Below are positions 1 to 7,870 of a DNA stretch of 64,000 nt, one piece after another; positions within the stretch are counted from its first letter, which is position 1; each line of letters starts with the position of its first letter. A program made the position numbers and the translations under genes. The stretch covers positions 2,579 through 66,578 of the forward strand of contig JAZDMS010000035.1 of NCBI GenBank assembly GCA_043800705.1, in the 5' to 3' direction. The notes below the pieces were generated by a model. The model did not search any database and was not told the origin of the DNA. It saw nothing but the letters and a program-made list of their open reading frames with translations. This stretch comes from Candidatus Altiarchaeota archaeon. Lineage in GTDB: Archaea > Altiarchaeota > Altiarchaeia > IMC4 > SCGC-AAA252-I15.

Positions 1-475
1 TCCACTGAGGCGGCGTCACATAGATTACGCTGAACTTCTGAGTCTCGCCCGGATTAAGGTTAGTTATCACAGTCGTCTTTTCACCGCCGGAAACAACATT
101 GCCTTCTGAGGATTGTAGTTGGGTGACTATCGGGACTGCAGCCATCATCTTAGCGCCATTGTTGGTCACGTACCCCGCCACCATGGCATTCATGTAATAG
201 TCGTCGTCGCATCCGTCAACAGCGACAGAAACCTTGCTGAAGTCAGCCTGAACCGTATCCACGACAGTCGCCTGCGTCGTCGAAGGGGCTGTCGTATCCT
301 CGGTTAACGTCTGTATAGTCGACTTTGCGATCGTCGCAGGCGGATTCGGGTTGTAGACCGTGTATCCGGTCTGGCCGCCCAGGCAACCGGAACTAAGAGT
401 CAACAACACGACTACTAACAGGGCATAAGGAAATATCCCCCCCTCACCAAACGATATTTTTTTATCCTCTTTCAT
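1..475 (-). CDS. lipoprotein with FxLYD-like C-terminal domain (3' end runs off window)
   Basis: Hand translation from ATG 475: MKEDKKISFGEGGIFPYALLVVVLLTLSSGC (lipobox), Thr-rich linker, then GYVTNNGAKMMAAVPIVTQLQSSEGNVVSGGEKTTVITNLNPGETQKFSVIY. The frame stays open to position 1. It is absent from the ORF track because no stop lies in the window. Confidence 0.55.
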   Translation of the reverse strand, partial: MKEDKKISFGEGGIFPYALLVVVLLTLSSGCLGGQTGYTVYNPNPPATIAKSTIQTLTEDTTAPSTTQATVVDTVQADFSKVSVAVDGCDDDYYMNAMVAGYVTNNGAKMMAAVPIVTQLQSSEGNVVSGGEKTTVITNLNPGETQKFSVIYVTPPQW

Positions 476-620
476 TTTTTTCACCTATCTTTGTTTTTTT
501 CTTGACTTTTATTTATCGTTCAAATTTTGATGCTGATAAAGTGCAGGAGACGCACACCGGATTCTGGCACGGGAATCCCGCACTTCATAGATAAACGCCA
601 CAGCCCTGGGCCGCGGGTGT

Positions 621-779
621 TTATTCCCTATCCTCCCTCTCCAAAGACACCCTATCGGTTTTTTGGTCGTTTTTCATGATCTCCCTGTCGGTTCTTTGGT
701 CGTTTTCCATAGAGTCCCTATCGTTTCTCTGATCGGTCAGCAAAGCCGCTCGGTCGTTTCTCTTATCGTCGCTTTCCAT
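621..779 (-). CDS. 52-aa hydrophilic 11-residue-repeat peptide
   Basis: Hand translation: MESDDKRNDRAALLTDQRNDRDSMENDQRTDREIMKNDQKTDRVSLEREDRE. AAAAATGAGGTGGAT lies directly upstream of the ATG. The repeat type matches 5789..6061 and the N-terminus of 6162..7709. It is below the ORF-track length cut-off. Confidence 0.4.
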   Translation of the reverse strand: MESDDKRNDRAALLTDQRNDRDSMENDQRTDREIMKNDQKTDRVSLEREDRE

Positions 780-796
780 ATCCACCTCATTTTTCA

Positions 797-1048
797 TCAT
801 TTATTGGTTAAAATGTTCCTCCCCTTGATCAGCCTGATCAACATCACGATCGCCGCGATTACAAGGAGCATATGGATTATGCCCCCTGCTGCTGCAGTAA
901 CCACGCCCAGCAACCAGAGAATGAGGAGTATGATGATGATGGTCTCTAAGAGACCTCCCACTCCCGAAGATACCACTCCCAGTATCCAGAGAACCACGAC
1001 TACCATAAGTATCGTTTCAATCATATCCATTTTCAGACAACCCCACAA
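797..1048 (-). CDS. small membrane protein, tandem lmo0937-like repeats
   Basis: ILLILWLLGVVTAAAGGIIHMLLVIAAIVMLIRLIKGR matches my recollection of the lmo0937 small-membrane-protein family. A first half-copy (VVVLWILGVVSSGVGGLLE) precedes it. Confidence 0.6.
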   Translation of the reverse strand: MWGCLKMDMIETILMVVVVLWILGVVSSGVGGLLETIIIILLILWLLGVVTAAAGGIIHMLLVIAAIVMLIRLIKGRNILTNK

Positions 1049-1162
1049 TTGCCAGGAAAGCCTTTAATATCCGTGGATGTCATCACTGACTTGTTCGTTT
1101 CTACGTCCTTAATCAAGGACCAGAATTCGATCTCGTCGGTTATATCCGTCTTCTTCGCCATC

Positions 1163-1468
1163 TTATTTCCCCCTGAGCTTCGACATCACGATGACCCCGA
1201 CTATCGCCCCTATGGCTGCCGCGACTACCGTTGCTGATGCCGGGTTCTTCTTCACTTCGCTCTCGATTCGTGCCTCGGCTTTGGACATGTCCTTCTTGAC
1301 CTTTGTCCTGACGTGCTTCGATAGTTTCACCCAGTCGGCCCCTGACATGCTGGCGGCCGTCCTGTAGTTGGCTATCACCTTGTCTTCGGCCTTTTGAAGC
1401 ACGGCCTTTATCTTTTTCTTTTGTTCTTCTGTCAAACTCTCCTTCTTCGCCTTCTTTTTAAAAGCCAT
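1163..1468 (-). CDS. DUF883/YqjD-ElaB-like tail-anchored protein
   Basis: Lys/Glu-rich helical body followed by a C-terminal anchor, VKKNPASATVVAAAIGAIVGVIVMSKLRGK. A shared leader motif lies upstream. Confidence 0.5.
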   Translation of the reverse strand: MAFKKKAKKESLTEEQKKKIKAVLQKAEDKVIANYRTAASMSGADWVKLSKHVRTKVKKDMSKAEARIESEVKKNPASATVVAAAIGAIVGVIVMSKLRGK

Positions 1469-1531
1469 AATCTCACCTATTTTTCCTCATTTGGATTCTG
1501 CCGGATCGTATCGATTAAACCAGCATTATAC

Positions 1532-2059
1532 CTATTTGCATGCGCCCTCAACGCATCCGTTCGGGCATCTGTACCTGAGGGACTTGCTCATATCGCCGTC
1601 ACAGTACGACTCCACTAACCAGTCTGCTCCGTCACAATGGTCAGTCATACTTGATATATCCCAGGTTGTCGTTCCCTTTACGTAAAAATGCCCATTATCT
1701 GAGTCTTTACATCCAGGTCCAGAAACCGAGTTCACGCCGTAGTAGCTGTTTGCAGAGTCTTCCAACACACCGGATTTCTCGTACATCGCCTGAGCGGCTT
1801 TCATCTGGGCGAACCTGTTATCCAGATAAGCCTGACTGACTCCTTGATAAGGCAGACTATCGCCTCGTGCGGGTGCAGGATCTGCCGCTATCTTGATTGT
1901 GTAGCCGGTGACGGGTGGATAGCCAGTCCACAGGACAATTCCCACAATCGCCACTATTCCTCCGATCACCAGGATGGCAAGCAAGGAAAAGACGACGAAT
2001 GCTTTAGCTAAGCCGTTCTCTTTTAGATTCTGCATGATTTTTTCATAGTTTGATTCCAT
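1532..2059 (-). CDS. membrane-anchored extracellular protein with one six-Cys module
   Basis: N-terminal TM segment (FVVFSLLAILVIGGIVAIVGIVLW). The block GDSLPYQGVSQAYLDNRFAQMKAAQAMYEKSGVLEDSANSYYGVN is conserved with 4962..5771. Then comes the module GPGCKDSDNGHFYVKGT...DHCDGADWLVESYCDG...YRCPNGCVEGACK. Confidence 0.7.
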   Translation of the reverse strand: MESNYEKIMQNLKENGLAKAFVVFSLLAILVIGGIVAIVGIVLWTGYPPVTGYTIKIAADPAPARGDSLPYQGVSQAYLDNRFAQMKAAQAMYEKSGVLEDSANSYYGVNSVSGPGCKDSDNGHFYVKGTTTWDISSMTDHCDGADWLVESYCDGDMSKSLRYRCPNGCVEGACK

Positions 2060-2080
2060 TGTTTCACCTCTTCTTTTCCC

Positions 2081-2755
2081 CTATTTGTACAGCCATCCGA
2101 AGATGCCTTTGCTTTCTTTTTCCCTTTGTGCCAGGCCTTGCAGCCTGTTTTGTTCGACGTCTAGTTCTTTGAGCTGTTCGTCGATGAATTGCCCGATTTC
2201 CTCGCTGGTGCCTTTTCGGAGTTCCTTCAATTGCGCTATCCGCGCCCTATTAGCCTTGACCTCCGGCTCTATCTCATTAGCGGCAGTATCGTCCCCCCCA
2301 AACAAAAACCTCTGAAACCAGCCTCTGTTGTTCATCCTTTCTTCTGCCCCTTGGGTTTTGTTGATGGAGTTGTTGAATTGCCGTGCGACCTCAGCCACCT
2401 CCTGGCCGATGCCTCTGTCCTCGGTCATATTCCTCAAAGCCAAAAGGGACATCACGCGCTCCCGCACGACATTCTGGTTTTTGAATTCCTTAGTCTTGTC
2501 CCTGTTGTTGGTTTCGTTATCAACTTTGTCTTTTTCTTCGGAGATTTTCTGCTGGAGTCTCTCTATGACCCGTAATCTAGCCTGGATGCTGGCATCGCTC
2601 GGATTGCCATTCTGCATGCTATTGTTTATCGCATTAATGGCCTGATTTTGGCCTTGGATGCCGTCTTTATTACCCTTGTCCGAGTTTTCGTTTGCTGCGG
2701 AGACAACAGTCACCAGCAAGGAGACTAGGGCCAACAAAACCAATATTTTTTTCAT
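2081..2755 (-). CDS. secreted coiled-coil protein, function unknown
   Basis: Signal peptide MKKILVLLALVSLLVTVVSA followed by Glu/Lys/Asn/Gln-rich helical sequence. Confidence 0.6.
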   Translation of the reverse strand: MKKILVLLALVSLLVTVVSAANENSDKGNKDGIQGQNQAINAINNSMQNGNPSDASIQARLRVIERLQQKISEEKDKVDNETNNRDKTKEFKNQNVVRERVMSLLALRNMTEDRGIGQEVAEVARQFNNSINKTQGAEERMNNRGWFQRFLFGGDDTAANEIEPEVKANRARIAQLKELRKGTSEEIGQFIDEQLKELDVEQNRLQGLAQREKESKGIFGWLYK

Positions 2756-2806
2756 CTTTTTCCCTTTTTTATTTCTGTATGCTTTTTATCCGCGATAAAA
2801 TCAAAA

Positions 2807-2837
2807 GGTGAGGGCGGGTTTTCGTGCGCCCTCCACC
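2807..2837 (-). terminator. hairpin plus T-run downstream of 2843..4582
   Basis: The stem GAGGGCG/CGCCCTC (extendable to GGTG../..CACC) is followed on the minus strand by TTTTGATTTT. Confidence 0.5.
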
Positions 2838-2842
2838 TAAAC

Positions 2843-4582
2843 TTATGCCTTAAGCTTTCTTTTCGCTTCCGCACTCATCAGACGGTTGTCCTGCGCCCAT
2901 ACCCCGTATCCTGCGATTAGACACAATAGCAGCATCAGGTTTCTGAAACCTGCCGCGTATAGGGCTTGCATGGATTGCTCAGAAGGTGACATAGTGTATA
3001 CGGCGTATCCTGCCAGCAATGACGCATCACCATCCCACTCTTGCTCTGCCAGCTGTTGCGGTTCCTGTGTCCTCATTTCTTGGACCGTAGTCAATGTAGT
3101 CGATGTAGTCAATGTAGTGCTTGCTGTAGTAGGCACTGTCGCTACAATCATCGGCCTAACCCTCATTGTCGAAGTCGTTGTGGGGGGTTCGGTCGTTGTC
3201 GGAGCAGTGCATTCTTCATCCACTAAGATACACCTATCTTGTAGACCACAGTACTTATACCCTGCATCAACTGCACATCCATGATTATCCAAAGTCGTGG
3301 TTGTCGGAGCCTCGATTGTTGTTGTGGTGGTAATAATGCGTTTATGTCCTCCGTTTCCGCCGGATGCTATGGTGGTTGTCGTTGTCGTCGTATCATCCGG
3401 ATTTGTGGTCGTTGTCGTGCCAAAATACACCCATATTTCTTTGCTCTGGTTCTCGTTACTCGGATCGGCTTCGTCGGTTACGTACCCGTACAGGCTGTAA
3501 TTGCCAAACAGGTTTAAGCCAAATGTGTCCCAAACGAGGGTATTTGTGCCGTTTACTGGGGGCAATAGATCTTCCACCCCGGGCGTCCCATTGTATGTAA
3601 ACCACAGCCTAAGCAGCGGGTTTGTCCCCTCTTGTACGCCCGCCGTTATGGTTATCGGGTCATCCTGCATAGCCGCCGACACATCGGTCGTGAACTTCGT
3701 TATATAAGGTGGCAGCGTCGTAGTCGTCGTTGTAGTAGGCGTTGGGGTTATTGGCCCTGTGACAGGATTGCCCTCTAAGCTAACCGCAGTCTGTGACAGC
3801 GCTCTGCCGTTCAGTACTGCGCCAGTTTGGATCGCAATATTCGTCATATCCAGGATATTTCCATTGAACGTAGAGTACGTTCCAAGTGTCGTTGTGTCAG
3901 CGACTCTCCAGAAAACATTCGCAGGTATGGCTCCACCGTTGAGTAATACCTTAATGCCGGAATCAACGTCACCAGCTGAGGCGATATTGAGAGTTCCTGG
4001 TATCTGGAATATCCATACATCAGTTGGGCCTCCATTGAGTGTGACATCCGTTGATATTGTCACGCCAGAAGTAAACGTATAAACACCCGGAGTGAGTGTC
4101 AGCCCGCCAAGCTCACCACTTCCAGCGTTGGTATCATCCATTGGACGTGCGCCGGCATCGGTATACGCGGTTCCCATGTCTAATACTGCGTTGTCGACAT
4201 AGGTCTTGTCAGTTGAGCTACCGGCATAACAGGTTATATCGCTGCTACCCGTATATGCCGCATCAACACCGTATATTGTCCCAGATATTTCTGAACAAAA
4301 TATATTGTCCATCGCGGCAGCACTAATCGGACTAGAGCCGATGTCCCCGGTTATAGCAGAACCATGGCTATCGGTGTTCGTGATTCCAGCTTTTGTTAGA
4401 ATCGCGAAATTGCCGGCTGTTCCAAGACCCACAGGTGCCGGCGATGCGTACGCAGACACTTCACATGCCATCACTGAAAAAAACATGAGGCATACTAAAC
4501 TAATTGTTGCTATTTTCATTTGTTCCGTTATTTGTTCCATTATTGTCCACCATTTATATGTTTTTTTACACTTTTTTTCCAT
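2843..4582 (-). CDS. DUF3494 (ice-binding-like) beta-solenoid surface protein with poly-Thr stalks and a C-terminal TM anchor
   Basis: LGTAGNFAILTKAGITNT, ITGDIGSSP, LTLTPGVYTF, VTLNGGPTDVWIFQIPGTLNIA, ANVFWRV and GRALSQTAVSLEGNPVT match the DUF3494 pattern. Several TTTTT runs follow. The C-terminus carries a hydrophobic segment, LMLLLCLIAGYGVWA. Confidence 0.8.
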   Translation of the reverse strand: MEKKCKKTYKWWTIMEQITEQMKIATISLVCLMFFSVMACEVSAYASPAPVGLGTAGNFAILTKAGITNTDSHGSAITGDIGSSPISAAAMDNIFCSEISGTIYGVDAAYTGSSDITCYAGSSTDKTYVDNAVLDMGTAYTDAGARPMDDTNAGSGELGGLTLTPGVYTFTSGVTISTDVTLNGGPTDVWIFQIPGTLNIASAGDVDSGIKVLLNGGAIPANVFWRVADTTTLGTYSTFNGNILDMTNIAIQTGAVLNGRALSQTAVSLEGNPVTGPITPTPTTTTTTTLPPYITKFTTDVSAAMQDDPITITAGVQEGTNPLLRLWFTYNGTPGVEDLLPPVNGTNTLVWDTFGLNLFGNYSLYGYVTDEADPSNENQSKEIWVYFGTTTTTNPDDTTTTTTTIASGGNGGHKRIITTTTTIEAPTTTTLDNHGCAVDAGYKYCGLQDRCILVDEECTAPTTTEPPTTTSTMRVRPMIVATVPTTASTTLTTSTTLTTVQEMRTQEPQQLAEQEWDGDASLLAGYAVYTMSPSEQSMQALYAAGFRNLMLLLCLIAGYGVWAQDNRLMSAEAKRKLKA

Positions 4583-4877
4583 CTATCTTTACCCTTTTTT
4601 CCCTCATTTAGACTCTGCGTGATTGTATCGGATAACCACGTCTCTGTGGCCACCCATTATGATAATAAATTGGGGGTCAAAGCCCCCGTATAATCGGTTA
4701 AGTCCTCATGATGTTCTTGCCTGCCGGGCGGTTCTTGACCATTCCTTTCCCGCAGGGTCGTCCGCCCGTCTTCGCTACGGTTTTTGCCCGGTTCTTGGCT
4801 GCAGTCATCCTGCCGCCCCTGCTTATTTTTGCCATTTTTATTCACCCTTTAATCCTTTTTTTTTTTTAAAAAAATTT

Positions 4878-4910
4878 GAGCTACGGGCCTTTTTAGAGGC
4901 CCGTATGCTC
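4878..4910 (-). terminator. conserved hairpin ACGGGCC-loop-GGCCCGT downstream of 4962..5771
   Basis: 7-bp GC stem at 4883-4889/4898-4904, followed on the minus strand by ATTTTTTT. The loop CTAAAAA matches the hairpin at 6122-6143. Confidence 0.5.
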
Positions 4911-4961
4911 TTGGAGGTATTGATCCTCAATAGAGGATTTCCTCATGTTTCTCTAACTTCC

Positions 4962-5771
4962 CTATTTGCATGCTCCATCGGCGCATCCGTTCGGGCATTT
5001 ATACTGGATAAGTTTGCCAGTATCGCCGCCACAGTACCACTCCCTTAGCCAGACCGCTCCGTCACAGTTGTCCGCTACAGACCATCCGTTCCAGTTCGCT
5101 GTCCCTTTTATGTAGAAGTTTCCGTGATCGGAACTTATGCATCCAGGTCCTGCAGATTCATTCACGCCGTAGTAGCTGTTTGCGGAGTCTTCCAACACAC
5201 CGGATGATTCATACATCGCCTGTGTGGCCTTCATCGATGCGAACCTGCTGTCCAGATAGGTTTGGCTAACCCCCTGATAGGGTAGGCTTTGTCCTTGCGT
5301 TGAGGTCGGTCCCCCAGGGTATGTCCCAGGATCGCCTGTGCCAAGCACCTCTTTTGGGTACCCGTAACCATAGGCGTAACCGTAATGATTTGGGTAGTAA
5401 CCTGTTGCCACTGCTGCCCCGGATATCCAAGATGACGCGTAACCTGTTATCCCAGACCAGAAACTGCTCGATTGCCGGCATTCTCCGTCCATACAGCCGT
5501 TAGGGCATGTGTAACGGAACTGCTTTGCCGCTGCGCCGTCGCAATACCACTCTATCAGTCTCACGACCGGCGCACCACCGCCGTTATTCACGCAATTGTC
5601 AGTGTGGTATATGTAGTTGTTGTTTGCGTCCACTTCCAACACAGAACCCTTGGCATAGATGCTTCCGTAACCGGATGTGTAGCATCCTGGTCCTGTTTGC
5701 GCTATCGCAAAAGTCGCCAAAGACAACAGCATCAGAGTCGCCAAACCGTTCTTTATAACATTTTTTTCCAT
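4962..5771 (-). CDS. secreted protein with two six-Cys modules
   Basis: Signal peptide MEKNVIKNGLATLMLLSLATFAIAQ. Module 1 is GPGCYTSGYGSIYAKGS...DNCVNNGG...IEWYCDG...YTCPNGCMDGEC. Module 2 is GPGCISSDHGNFYIKGT...DNCDGAVWLREWYCGG...YKCPNGCADGACK. Confidence 0.75.
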   Translation of the reverse strand: MEKNVIKNGLATLMLLSLATFAIAQTGPGCYTSGYGSIYAKGSVLEVDANNNYIYHTDNCVNNGGGAPVVRLIEWYCDGAAAKQFRYTCPNGCMDGECRQSSSFWSGITGYASSWISGAAVATGYYPNHYGYAYGYGYPKEVLGTGDPGTYPGGPTSTQGQSLPYQGVSQTYLDSRFASMKATQAMYESSGVLEDSANSYYGVNESAGPGCISSDHGNFYIKGTANWNGWSVADNCDGAVWLREWYCGGDTGKLIQYKCPNGCADGACK

Positions 5772-5788
5772 CGTTTCACCTCATTTTT

Positions 5789-6061
5789 TTATAAAATAGA
5801 TTCTGCTATTTTTTGGTCGTTTTTCAAGGTCACCCTATCGTCTTTTTGATGATCTTTCAAAGTTCCCCTATCGTCTACTTGCTGGCCGTTCAAAGCCGCC
5901 CTATCATCCTTTTGATGGCTGTCCATTATCACTGTCTCGATCTTTTCATCGTTTTTCAATGTTGACAATGCGCTTTTTTGACGGCTTTTCAACGTCTCCC
6001 GAGCGTTTTTTTGACGGCTTTTCATGGCCGACATAGCCTTTGTTTCATCTTTTTTCTCCAT
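5789..6061 (-). CDS. 90-aa hydrophilic protein made of 7 x 11-residue repeats
   Basis: KSRQKNARETL / KSRQKSALSTL / KNDEKIETVIM / DSHQKDDRAAL / NGQQVDDRGTL / KDHQKDDRVTL / KNDQKIAESIL. AAAAAATGAGGTGAGGAT precedes the ATG. Confidence 0.5.
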   Translation of the reverse strand: MEKKDETKAMSAMKSRQKNARETLKSRQKSALSTLKNDEKIETVIMDSHQKDDRAALNGQQVDDRGTLKDHQKDDRVTLKNDQKIAESIL

Positions 6062-6116
6062 ATCCTCACCTCATTTTTTCCACTCCTAGATTATGTCCGT
6101 TTTTCTTCTTTTCCGC

Positions 6117-6149
6117 GAGTTATGGGCCTTTTTAGGGGCCCATAAGCTC
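6117..6149 (-). terminator. conserved hairpin ATGGGCC-loop-GGCCCAT downstream of 6162..7709
   Basis: 7-bp stem at 6122-6128/6137-6143 with the same CTAAAAA loop (minus strand) as 4883-4904. No clear T-run follows, so terminator function is uncertain. Confidence 0.4.
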
Positions 6150-6161
6150 CGGGTTTGTCTT

Positions 6162-7709
6162 TTATCCTACATTGAACTCGCCTACACCATAACCGGTCTG
6201 TATGTTTTTCTCTTGTCCTGGTTGGACTGTAGTCGGGTTGTAGTAGAGGATAACAGAGCTATCGCTTAGGATGCTTTGTTGTCCGTCTATGCTGTAGCCC
6301 CATGCGGTGTCCTTGCTTTGCTTCCAGTCTGCGACGACCAGCTTGTCGGGGGAGGTCATGCCGTCCTTGCCGCCTATGAATCCTATGGCGACGAGGGTCG
6401 GTTGTTCACCCTGGTTGTACGCCTTCCAGTACCCTGCGGAAAGCTGGCTTTGGGAGAATTCATTCTCCGTTGTTATAAGGCCTTTACCTGGTATGAAGAT
6501 CGGCGCTCCGTCGTTCAATCCAACCTTTGTGTCGATAAGCAATCTCGCGCCAATACGGTGGCCGGATACGTCATCGTTCGCCAGCTTGACCTTATTCAAT
6601 ACTGTCGTGTTCTGGATGACGCTCCACTCTTCAACCACGCGTATATTCGAAGGAAGCACCCATTCGCTTACGATTGAGGAACCGCCTATCTTCGGCTTCA
6701 CGGTATTGTATTTATCCATTTGAATGCCGTCTCTTGGGTCGCCAGATGTGGTGTAGAATCGGTCATCAACGTTTATGGTCAGGAAGGTGCCATCCCATGG
6801 GTTGGGGTAGCCATATGTCAGCTTCTCCCAGTTGTTGCCAAATAGTCCGCCAATGGAGAATACGCCTATGTTTTGGTGGTCTTCCACTTCAACGCTGATA
6901 TGGCTGTACCGTTGAAACAGGGGTGCGTTGCTGTCTGGGCCTGTGCCTGTTGTAAACGCCCACACGTAGTCGCTTCTCATCGCATTGCCTGCGAGGTCAT
7001 CGGCCCCGGAGGATATTTTGGCAGTATATCTGGTGTTAGGCTTCAGGTCGTTGTTTGGCGTAAAAATCCCAGTTCTGCCGACATTTTTCACGGTTCCTGC
7101 TATTTGAGTCCCGTCAGGTCCTGTCACTGTGAATGCTCCAGTTACCGTCTGCTCGGACATAGCCTCGCTAAAAGCTGCGAAGATGTCTTTGTTAAGCGGA
7201 ACATTCATCGCATAGTTCTCAGGTTCCGTATAGCTCACCGTCGGCGCGGTCGTATCTGATATATCCTTGACTGCGTATCCGGTTATGGGCGGCGAGATGT
7301 TCCAAAGGACTATCCCCCCCATCCCCAGTATTGCAACTAAACCCAGGAGGGCAAGCGCAAAGAGGGCGAATCCGTTTTGTTTATCCATTTTTTCGGTCAT
7401 TTCAGCCCTCTCATCTGCAATTTTTTGGTCGTTCCTCAACGTCACCCTGGCGTTTTTATGGTCGTTTCTCTGAGTGACCCTGGCGTTTTTCTGATCGTTT
7501 CTCATAGTCACTATATCGTTATTCTGGTCGTTTTTCATAGCCGCCGAGTCGTTTTTCTGATCGTTGTCCAAGGACACCCTATCGTCTTTCTGATCGTTGC
7601 CCAAAGTCGCCGATTCGTTTTTCTGATCGTTGTCCAAGGACACCCTCTCGTTCTTTTCGTCGTTTTTCAAAGACGCTCTGTCGTTTTTTTCATCGCATGT
7701 TTCCATCAT
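6162..7709 (-). CDS. membrane protein: cytoplasmic 9 x 11-residue repeat head, TM segment, SbsA/Big_5-like Ig domain, unknown C-terminal domain
   Basis: N-terminus KNDEKNERVSL/DNDQKNESATL/GNDQKDDRVSL and similar, encoded by 33-bp DNA repeats at about 7400-7700. TM segment FALFALALLGLVAILGMGGIVLW. TAPTVSYTEPENYAMNVPLNKDIFAAFSEAMS...TRYTAKISSGADDLAGN resembles the SbsA Ig-like domain. Confidence 0.75.
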   Translation of the reverse strand: MMETCDEKNDRASLKNDEKNERVSLDNDQKNESATLGNDQKDDRVSLDNDQKNDSAAMKNDQNNDIVTMRNDQKNARVTQRNDHKNARVTLRNDQKIADERAEMTEKMDKQNGFALFALALLGLVAILGMGGIVLWNISPPITGYAVKDISDTTAPTVSYTEPENYAMNVPLNKDIFAAFSEAMSEQTVTGAFTVTGPDGTQIAGTVKNVGRTGIFTPNNDLKPNTRYTAKISSGADDLAGNAMRSDYVWAFTTGTGPDSNAPLFQRYSHISVEVEDHQNIGVFSIGGLFGNNWEKLTYGYPNPWDGTFLTINVDDRFYTTSGDPRDGIQMDKYNTVKPKIGGSSIVSEWVLPSNIRVVEEWSVIQNTTVLNKVKLANDDVSGHRIGARLLIDTKVGLNDGAPIFIPGKGLITTENEFSQSQLSAGYWKAYNQGEQPTLVAIGFIGGKDGMTSPDKLVVADWKQSKDTAWGYSIDGQQSILSDSSVILYYNPTTVQPGQEKNIQTGYGVGEFNVG

Positions 7710-7818
7710 TTCACCTCACTTTTTTCCCCTCATTCGGATTCTGCCCATATGCAGCTGCTGATTCCATGCACCACAAGTACGCATCTACACCGCCTGTGTC
7801 GGATACCTGCCGGGCTGA

Positions 7819-7870
7819 TGTAGAGTAGAATGGAGCGTAGTGTAGAACGGGAAAGCGGAGTAGAACGGAT
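7819..7870. repeat. three direct copies of GTAGAAYGG
   Basis: aGTAGAATGGagcgtagtGTAGAACGGgaaagcggaGTAGAACGG, in the intergenic region upstream of 6162..7709. Confidence 0.5.

Noticed and set aside
3290-3430. Short-period DNA repeats (ACN/GTN runs), also at 20690-20790 and 62760-62880, considered as tandem repeats or CRISPR-like
   Set aside because: They are coding low-complexity poly-Thr/Ser linkers inside ORFs. They have no spacer-repeat architecture.
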